Both the position numbers and the translations under genes were made by a program. Of a stretch of DNA of 64,000 nt, positions 20,391 through 27,807 are shown piece after piece. The stretch is from a virus. Taxonomy: Duplodnaviria > Caudoviricetes. The stretch spans positions 165,852 through 229,851 of IMG/VR virus record IMGVR_UViG_3300043414_000372; one strand, written 5' to 3'. The notes beneath the pieces are model-generated. The model worked only from the letters and a program-made list of their open reading frames with translations, was not told where the DNA came from and searched no databases. The first letter of the stretch is position 1, and each line of letters begins with the position of its first letter.

Positions 20391-22082
20391 TTAAAAGTTA
20401 AACTCTAACCATGCTTTCCTCAAAGCCTGAACTCTGTCCCACTCCTCATCATACCACTTGTTATTTGCGTCAACAATGGGTTTGTTTCGGGCACGTATTG
20501 CTGCTATTTCAGGATCGCCTTCAGGTAAATTATTCTTAGCAGTTTTGTATTCTTCAATTAACTCAAGAGATTTAGACTTTCGTATTTTCCATTCAGTGTT
20601 AAGTTTTTCTGCCGCATCTTGGTAGGTTTCTCTCAACGTCCGCACCTGATCTAACCGTTTTAGTTTTTCATCTAGTTCAGCTTGACTAGGGGCGTTACTA
20701 TATTCGGGAGCAGGAACTATTGTACTGCCCAACACAGAAGTAATAGAAGATGCAAGTTCACCCCTATCGGAAGTACCTGTAGCAACTGAGGGCATCTTTA
20801 TTGGGAATGGGCTTGATGAACTTAGTGCATTCATACTTGCAGCTAGGGCGGCGGCTGCGCTTGCTGGCAGCCCAGCTGATGCAAGAGATGCGAGTCCATC
20901 TTTACCTGATTGAAGTCCTTTTGTTAAACTATCTAACCCTCCGATTGCTGTACCTGTTAGTTTACCTAATACGGAACTTGCCGTACCTGTTACTCCATTT
21001 AATGCGCCTGCAGGATTAGTAAGTAATCCTGCCGCAGCAGTGCCTACACCAGTCAATGCTCCACCAGTCAATAATGTTGCGGCTGATCCTGCTGCGGCAG
21101 TTGCGCTACTTATCCCATTTAGTGCGCCGGCCGACAGAGAATTAGCAATTGATCCTACTCCTGCCAAATTCCCCACTCCACTAAGGACACCGGTTGTGGT
21201 ATTTGTTACGGACGCAACTGCGCTCAGGCCTCCAGGCAAATTACTTATTCCACTAGCCAAAGCTGAAGTGGTGCCAGAAAATCCACTGACTATACTACTA
21301 GCTGCTGCACTTGCTGTTGTACCTAACGTACTGCTTTCTACACTGCTTGCTGCGCTTTTTGCTGCATCTAATGCGCCACCTGCTGCGCTTTTTGCTGCAT
21401 CTAATGCGCCACCTGCTGCGCTACTTGCTGCATCTAATGCGCCACTAGCAGCAGCATTTAATCCACCTGCTGCGCTTTTTGCTGCATCTAATGCGCCACC
21501 TGCTGCGCTTTTTGCTGCATCTAATGCGCCACCTGCTGCGCCGCTAGCCGCATCTGCTGCTGCTTGAACTTCAGCATTTTTTATAGAAATTGAAGTTAAA
21601 TTTTGAGGAATATTTGGTGTAAATGATTTAAACGAACTTGTTATTGCGCCAAATGCCGATCCTGCAATACCCTTAGCAGCGTCAACTGCGCCTGACATCC
21701 CTAGTACAGCGGGAGGCGCAAAGCCTGCTGCTTTACTTTTTAATAAATCTACGGCGGCGCTGGCGTTGCCGGGTAATCCTCCCAGCGTACTGCTTGCTGA
21801 AGTAGTTAAACTGTCTAGTGCGCTGCTAGCGGCAGTGCCAGCTGATCCCGTTACATTGTTCAATGCATCACCGGCTGCGCCGGTTAATCCACTAGTAAGG
21901 TTGCCTGCTGCTGCACTTGCTGCACTTGCTGCACCACCTGCCAAACTAGTTACCCCGGCTAGTGATGCTGAAATTGAATTTAATCCGCCGGTTCCAACTG
22001 TTGCATAATTTGCTGCAAAATTCCCAGAGGTTACAGATGCTGCTACATTTGCCAAAGAACCAAAACTAGGTAAAGTTGCCAT
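20391..22082 (-). CDS. Hypothetical Ala/Gly/Ser-rich virion protein with GALDAAKSAA repeats and a charged coiled-coil C-terminus
   Basis: 563-aa ORF inside the baseplate operon, coupled to the upstream gene by a TAATG overlap at 22080-22084. No family recognised. Confidence 0.65.
   Translation of the reverse strand: MATLPSFGSLANVAASVTSGNFAANYATVGTGGLNSISASLAGVTSLAGGAASAASAAAGNLTSGLTGAAGDALNNVTGSAGTAASSALDSLTTSASSTLGGLPGNASAAVDLLKSKAAGFAPPAVLGMSGAVDAAKGIAGSAFGAITSSFKSFTPNIPQNLTSISIKNAEVQAAADAASGAAGGALDAAKSAAGGALDAAKSAAGGLNAAASGALDAASSAAGGALDAAKSAAGGALDAAKSAASSVESSTLGTTASAAASSIVSGFSGTTSALASGISNLPGGLSAVASVTNTTTGVLSGVGNLAGVGSIANSLSAGALNGISSATAAAGSAATLLTGGALTGVGTAAAGLLTNPAGALNGVTGTASSVLGKLTGTAIGGLDSLTKGLQSGKDGLASLASAGLPASAAAALAASMNALSSSSPFPIKMPSVATGTSDRGELASSITSVLGSTIVPAPEYSNAPSQAELDEKLKRLDQVRTLRETYQDAAEKLNTEWKIRKSKSLELIEEYKTAKNNLPEGDPEIAAIRARNKPIVDANNKWYDEEWDRVQALRKAWLEFNF
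21340..21545. repeat. 33-bp coding tandem repeat (GGALDAAKSAA), 5 copies of the core
   Basis: gctgcatctaatgcgccacctgctgcgc recurs near-identically at 33-bp spacing, with one interrupted unit. Confidence 0.9.
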
Positions 22083-22822
22083 TATATCATATTCCCCGCG
22101 CCAGTCGCAGTTGCACCTGCCATTATTTTTGAATTAACGTTTCTAAATGAATTTAAAGTTGAGTCAGTTGATTTCTCGTTTGCTAATTCCGTAACAACGT
22201 TAGCAGTTATTTTTGTATTTGCAATGCTTTGTAAGTAAGTTGAAGTAGCTTGTGGACCTACTTGAGATGCAGCACTTACTATACCTGCAATAACTGATGG
22301 TTGTTCTTTGCCAGTAATTGCTCCTGTCATAGTCATAGCTGTTTGTGCTTGCTGAAAATTAACAACTTGTGCAGTAGTCTGTGCTTTGATATTTTTAACT
22401 AATGCTAGTAGATTTTCTGCACCTGGCGCGCCTGTAAATAAATTTTGAGTCATGGCTGCTTCTACATTGGCTCCGCGCTGAACTAATCCGGTAATCAAAG
22501 CAGATGATCCGGGTTTTAATACACCGGCTGCTTCTAGCTGTTGAGGTGTCTGTGCTAGCGTGCCAACTGCCGCATTAATTTTTCCGGTAGAATCTGTAAT
22601 GACTCCGCTGCCAGTGGACGTTACTGAAGGTGAAGTAGCTGCTGCCTGAGACGCAACACTGCCAACTAAAGCAGCAGTTACACCCGGATTTAATGATGTA
22701 CTTGTAGTCCCTGAATCAGGCACTGTGGATACAGTTGCAGGAGTAACTGGATTGACTGGAGGCAACTTGGTTTGATTGTTACTAAACGCTTGATATGCAG
22801 TTTCTTGTGCAAAACTTGACAT
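22082..22822 (-). CDS. Hypothetical protein coupled to the gp5-like gene
   Basis: 246-aa ORF with TAATG stop/start overlaps at both ends (22820-22824 and 22080-22084). Confidence 0.65.
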   Translation of the reverse strand: MSSFAQETAYQAFSNNQTKLPPVNPVTPATVSTVPDSGTTSTSLNPGVTAALVGSVASQAAATSPSVTSTGSGVITDSTGKINAAVGTLAQTPQQLEAAGVLKPGSSALITGLVQRGANVEAAMTQNLFTGAPGAENLLALVKNIKAQTTAQVVNFQQAQTAMTMTGAITGKEQPSVIAGIVSAASQVGPQATSTYLQSIANTKITANVVTELANEKSTDSTLNSFRNVNSKIMAGATATGAGNMI

Positions 22823-24270
22823 TAGAATGCTCCACTACTGTTATTATTTACTTTAGCATCAACACCTTGATTAGCATTAGCCCAAGGTGAATGAGCCGGA
22901 GCCCGACTGACAATAGATAATAAATATCCCGGCACTGCTGCCCAACCTTTAACTTTATCAAACAATGTGTCAGTATGTGCTACGATTGGAATTTTTGGCA
23001 CTTCAGGTGGGGGATTTGCAGTAGAGCCAGTATTTAGATTAATCCTACTACCGTTAATATACATGTCATTTGCACTAGCATATGAACCTTCTCCGCTAGT
23101 GCCCATACTCATTGCTCCTTGAACCTTTATTGTATATTTACCCAAAGTGTATCCACTAAAGTTTGCGCCATTTCTAAAAGCAATATCTTTCTCAACATTT
23201 ATCTTTATGTTATCAGCTTGTATGTTTAAATCTTTTTTAGCATTAATGTTAATATTACGATCGGCGTGTAAATTTAAATCACCCTGTGTTCTGATATTTA
23301 CGCTGTTAGTAGCATACATATCAATCGTGCCTTCTTTGCCTAATTCAATATAACTTTGTCCATTGGCATGAATGATGAATAATGTTTGACCATCATCACT
23401 CATCAAAATTTGATGACCAAGTGATGTTCTTAATCTTATTAGTTGATCTTTTCCAGTTGTGTCTCCGTCATCCATTACAATACTATGCCCAGTTCGGCGA
23501 GAAACAATTTTCAATGATGCATCGGGTTTATCTAAATTCTTTTCTATGGTAGAATCAGTATATCCACCTTGATAGATTGGTCTACCGGGGGTGTTAACTC
23601 CCCATCCAACTCTAGAAGGTGATTCACGCAAGGCGCTAGATGTTATTGGACCTCTAACTGTATCTCTAATTAAACCTTGTTGTGAAAGAATAGCAGCAGC
23701 ATAACTATGCACTGGTTTGGGAGCAGTTAAAAACTTAGTAGGATCGTTCAATGCTTGATTATTAGTGTTAAGGTTACTTACTGGTAATTGTTTAGCACCA
23801 CCATAAGTGTCTGCTTCACCTTTGTTTGTCACAATATTGTCTGATGCGCCGATCGCCGGAATCATCTGTAATAATTCAGGAGGTAATATACTACCTATGT
23901 AATATCCATAGTTAACATCACCATTAATAAAAATGCAAACTACACTGCTACCCAAATCTGGAGGACTATACCACATACCATATGAAGTTGGATTGGTTGT
24001 ATAACTTCCATATTCAGTATCTTTACTTCCAGCCGATGGTGGTGTACTCCCAAAGAAGGGACTCATATAACTGACTGTGATCCAGCTGCTTTTATCATCT
24101 GGATTTGGTGCCCCAAAGTCAGCAATGTAAACATCTATTCTACCTGCCCTAGTAGAATCAATGTTGTTTTTTACTACTCCAAGTACAGGCACAGAACGTA
24201 TTACGCCGCCGCCGGCGTCTGGTTTAGTTGCCTTAGCCTGTCCCTTTACTTTAATTTCATTTGTTGCCAT
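22822..24270 (-). CDS. gp5: Baseplate hub/central spike protein, gp5/VgrG-like (OB fold plus beta-helix, no lysozyme domain)
   Basis: LGVVKNNIDSTRAGRIDVYI...WITVSYMSPFFG...SYGMWYSPPDLGSSV (gp5 N-terminal OB fold), followed by GHSIVMDD...GHQILMSDD...SYIELGKEGTIDMY...NIRTQGDLNLHAD beta-helix repeats. Confidence 0.8.
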   Translation of the reverse strand: MATNEIKVKGQAKATKPDAGGGVIRSVPVLGVVKNNIDSTRAGRIDVYIADFGAPNPDDKSSWITVSYMSPFFGSTPPSAGSKDTEYGSYTTNPTSYGMWYSPPDLGSSVVCIFINGDVNYGYYIGSILPPELLQMIPAIGASDNIVTNKGEADTYGGAKQLPVSNLNTNNQALNDPTKFLTAPKPVHSYAAAILSQQGLIRDTVRGPITSSALRESPSRVGWGVNTPGRPIYQGGYTDSTIEKNLDKPDASLKIVSRRTGHSIVMDDGDTTGKDQLIRLRTSLGHQILMSDDGQTLFIIHANGQSYIELGKEGTIDMYATNSVNIRTQGDLNLHADRNININAKKDLNIQADNIKINVEKDIAFRNGANFSGYTLGKYTIKVQGAMSMGTSGEGSYASANDMYINGSRINLNTGSTANPPPEVPKIPIVAHTDTLFDKVKGWAAVPGYLLSIVSRAPAHSPWANANQGVDAKVNNNSSGAF

Positions 24271-24296
24271 TAAATATTCTCTCTGATATTATTAAA

Positions 24297-27200
24297 TTAA
24301 CCTCTTCCAAACACAGTTGGGGCAGAAGTTCCAGCATCATCATTTTGTACTACACCAGTAGTAGTGGGTATTGTTATTTGATTTTGTGATAGTCTTTGCA
24401 TTGGATCCATTACATTATTAATACTGCCTACGGAATTAATTGATGATAGTTGCGCTCTTTGTGCAGGGTCAAGGAATGAAGTAGGACTAGTACCAAAACC
24501 AGTGCCAGTAGTAGTGCCTGTGCCGCTTTCTGTAGGTGCCGATCCAGTGCCGGCTCTATTAAGTCTTGCTGTTTCAGCATCTGATTGATCTGATGTAGCT
24601 GTCTCAGCGCTGGTTCCGGCGCCTGCCCGATTAAGCCTGGAAGTTTCAGCTGCCGTTTGATTTACTGGCGGTGTGCTTGCAGTACCAGACCTATTAAGTC
24701 TTGCGGTTTCAGCATTTGATTGGTTTGCCGCCGCGGCTGTTTCGCCTGGATCAGGAAATACATTAAGTGAACAAGATAAATCTTGCGTAAACATTCCGCC
24801 CCTAAAGGTACTAGTAACTGATTTAAGCATATAACTGATGCCGCCGCCACGACTATCTATATCTTTTTTTATATAAGCCGGATAGTCATGGAAGAATATT
24901 GAATCATTTAAATTCATTGTACCAGACTTATTATCATAATCAAGCGGCTCTTTAAAGTTTATTTCAATAAACACTTGTCCTCCGTGTGGATTTATAGTAA
25001 ACCCATCAGTACCATAATATTGATTATATAGGGAATTTATACTAGTTACGGAAGATTGCATTAACAAATCAGGATCACCTAATATTGTCAGTTTAGCTTC
25101 ACCATAATCATGAGGTGAAAACAAACTGGTCATATACATATTTTGTGTTTCCATACCTACATTTAATCTACCTTGATCAGGTTGACCTTGAGGTTGACCG
25201 GCTGTCACTGGTATATCTGCTGCTCCGCCTTGCGCCCTTGAATCAAAATCGCCCATGCCCTGCACTGTTACATTATGATAAGCTATATCCAGTGTTTGTT
25301 GATAGCTAATAACTTCAGAATTTTTACCAGTATACCAATATTCATATCGCTTATGTGCCCCATAGTATGGGGTAGTTACTTTAGCTGATGCTGCTACAAC
25401 TATTGGTGTCAAGTAAGACTGTATGATATATTTAATTTTATATACCCAATCACCCTGTACCGGATCCCATCCTAAATTTTTCACTTCTGGTTTAATATTA
25501 AACCATTTTAATTGCGTTGGGGTATTATCTTGTTTTTCGTATGTACCAGTTTTAGGATCAGGTGCTAGATTTGTGTTTTCTATTTGAGTTAACGCTGATT
25601 CTAAGTATGAACTTTGTTTAACTATTTCTGATACCGCTTGTATAATAGGTGTGCCTTGTGCTATTTTTATTGTTCTTAAATCATTGTTTGGTGTTTCTTT
25701 GCTAGCGATTTTTTGATTAGATTCAGAACTTTTGGTTGCAGTTGTAGTTGGGATTTTTCTTTTGTCTAAATCTGCTTTACTTTTTAAAGTTGCATTTTTA
25801 ATACTATCTCCATCAGGACCAATAAACACTACTTCATATTGACGAGGGATAGTTACACCCTTACCGACTAATTGTTGTTGGTCATAATTTAATTTCCCAA
25901 ATAAACTTGTCATCTGCGGAGTAGTGGTGGATTTGCTTACTAATCTTGAAATTTCAGCATTACTTTGATTTTCATCTGCTTTTGGTTGATTAGCGGGAAC
26001 CAATGCATTATATACAGTGTCTGCTACAACGGGGATATCTGATATTATTGTACTAAACTTTGAACCAAACCCAATGATATCGTTAGCGGCTTTGGCAACA
26101 ACCTCATATACTACAGGGGCTCCGGTAATTTTAAACTTCATATCAGCAATTAATATGTCGTAATATCTTTCAAACAAGCCAGAAGCATTTCCGTCCGGGT
26201 CTCCGTCTGCACTTGGTATTTTAGAAGGATCAATGATATTACCGGCTTCATCATATCCCAAAAATCTGATACCTATTATATAAAACTGTCTTGCTGGGTT
26301 TTGTGCCATAGCAAAATTTTTAGTATTTGTAGTAGTAGCTAACTTAGTTTGAGCCAATCTCAGTTTGGTTAGTAACGAAAATCCGTAAGGTTCTGTTATA
26401 GTAAAAGACATATCAGTAAGACTAGTATTATTAGTAACTTCTTTAGTAGCAATGGCATGCGTAATTTTTAAGTTATCTATATAAAAATCTTCATCAAATC
26501 CAGGAGCACGTTTTGATGTTGTATTATTAATGCCGCCGCTCTGAGCAATTAAATATGCCCCGCCTTTTTTAGCAACCGGTGTCGATACTGCTGGGGGTGA
26601 TCCTGTTCTACCTCTTTCGCCCGGTGCTTGCACAAATGTACTTTGAGCGGCGCCTGAGATTGGAGGACCTCCGGCTGTAATATTGTCTATAGCATTTAAA
26701 TCTTTTCTACCCGATTCAACAAAAGCATCATACGCATCAGGAGTTATCATATAAAGTGATATCTGATATGTATAGCTGCTAAATTTACTTAATGGGTTTT
26801 GTGTACGTTTGCCGGGTTTTATTGCAGCAGTACTTTTTATTGCAGCACTACTGTTGGAAGTTGTAGAATTTTTTGCGGCAGGGTCGGCAGCCGGAGTATC
26901 TGATTTACCTGCTTGCGTTGTTGGTGTAGCTACTATGGGGGCACCGCCACCAGGAGGAGGATATCTGTTTAATAAATTAGTTGTTTCTCCTGTAGTAGAC
27001 TCTACTTGCTTGTCTCCGTCGGCTCCCCCAGCGGCTACGAATTCTTTGTTTTGGTTTTCAGTTTGTACTTCAGTTTTTGCAGCATTTGCCTTTACTTCAT
27101 CATTTTTCTTTGCAGCAGCATTTTCTGCTTCTAACTTAACATTTTCTCTTGTATTATTAAAATCTGTATTTGTTTTGTCAAACTTAGTAGTGGTAGCATC

Positions 27201-27497
27201 TTTTGCTGATTGTACATAACTAGCGACTGCGGCTTGTTGTTCAGGCGTCAAAGTTGCATTGATAGTGTTTATTTGTTCAAGTAGTGGGCCTGTTGCCCTG
27301 TTGAATGCACCACGTGCCGTTCTATACTCTACTCTAATTGCTTGTATTTGTTCCAATGCATCAGGAGAATTTACATCAACTTCATTTAATTTAGTTATTA
27401 AATCTTGAATTTGTTTATTGTAATCGGTATACAGGTTATCAATCAGCCCCGATAGTTGTATTATTCTATCTTCTTGCGAAGTTAAATTATCAGCCAT
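24297..27497 (-). CDS. Putative baseplate hub protein (gp27-like position), 1066 aa
   Basis: Long ORF between the gp53-like and gp5-like genes. Conserved-looking core (NPLSKFSSYTYQISLY...FYIDNL...FTITEPYG...YEYWYTGKNSEV...LTILGDPDL) with low-complexity termini. Function inferred from synteny. Confidence 0.55.
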   Translation of the reverse strand: MADNLTSQEDRIIQLSGLIDNLYTDYNKQIQDLITKLNEVDVNSPDALEQIQAIRVEYRTARGAFNRATGPLLEQINTINATLTPEQQAAVASYVQSAKDATTTKFDKTNTDFNNTRENVKLEAENAAAKKNDEVKANAAKTEVQTENQNKEFVAAGGADGDKQVESTTGETTNLLNRYPPPGGGAPIVATPTTQAGKSDTPAADPAAKNSTTSNSSAAIKSTAAIKPGKRTQNPLSKFSSYTYQISLYMITPDAYDAFVESGRKDLNAIDNITAGGPPISGAAQSTFVQAPGERGRTGSPPAVSTPVAKKGGAYLIAQSGGINNTTSKRAPGFDEDFYIDNLKITHAIATKEVTNNTSLTDMSFTITEPYGFSLLTKLRLAQTKLATTTNTKNFAMAQNPARQFYIIGIRFLGYDEAGNIIDPSKIPSADGDPDGNASGLFERYYDILIADMKFKITGAPVVYEVVAKAANDIIGFGSKFSTIISDIPVVADTVYNALVPANQPKADENQSNAEISRLVSKSTTTPQMTSLFGKLNYDQQQLVGKGVTIPRQYEVVFIGPDGDSIKNATLKSKADLDKRKIPTTTATKSSESNQKIASKETPNNDLRTIKIAQGTPIIQAVSEIVKQSSYLESALTQIENTNLAPDPKTGTYEKQDNTPTQLKWFNIKPEVKNLGWDPVQGDWVYKIKYIIQSYLTPIVVAASAKVTTPYYGAHKRYEYWYTGKNSEVISYQQTLDIAYHNVTVQGMGDFDSRAQGGAADIPVTAGQPQGQPDQGRLNVGMETQNMYMTSLFSPHDYGEAKLTILGDPDLLMQSSVTSINSLYNQYYGTDGFTINPHGGQVFIEINFKEPLDYDNKSGTMNLNDSIFFHDYPAYIKKDIDSRGGGISYMLKSVTSTFRGGMFTQDLSCSLNVFPDPGETAAAANQSNAETARLNRSGTASTPPVNQTAAETSRLNRAGAGTSAETATSDQSDAETARLNRAGTGSAPTESGTGTTTGTGFGTSPTSFLDPAQRAQLSSINSVGSINNVMDPMQRLSQNQITIPTTTGVVQNDDAGTSAPTVFGRG
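24546..24715. repeat. Three copies of AET[AS]RLNR[AS]G near the hub protein C-terminus
   Basis: aagtcttgctgtttcagc (24561), aagcctggaagtttcagc (24633) and aagtcttgcggtttcagc (24696). Confidence 0.8.
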
Positions 27498-27498
27498 T

Positions 27499-27807
27499 TT
27501 ATATACCTAATATTTGTGTTATCATTGCTAGTTTAGGCAAATATATTCCCGTGCCGGCTACAAAATCAAAATAAGGATCTTTTAATCTGTTTGGGTTGCG
27601 CTGGGCAAATACCCACCATAATCTGCTATCACTATACAAATCGTATGCTAATAGATCAGGACGGTATTCATATACTTGTGCTATTTCCCAATAGATATCA
27701 GAAGGATCCATTGGGATAGGTCTGTTTACCATTAAATCCAAGAAGTTATTATTAACTACTTCATTGAAATAATATGGACTTGATGCTGGATATATATTAT
27801 TTGACAT
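27499..27807 (-). CDS. gp53: Baseplate wedge subunit gp53-like (LysM-like)
   Basis: YEYRPDLLAYDLYSDSRLWWVFAQRN motif (gp53-type R.D.iA...Yg...lwW.i...N). Start moved to 27807, which overlaps the upstream stop as TAATG. Confidence 0.8.
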   Translation of the reverse strand: MSNNIYPASSPYYFNEVVNNNFLDLMVNRPIPMDPSDIYWEIAQVYEYRPDLLAYDLYSDSRLWWVFAQRNPNRLKDPYFDFVAGTGIYLPKLAMITQILGI

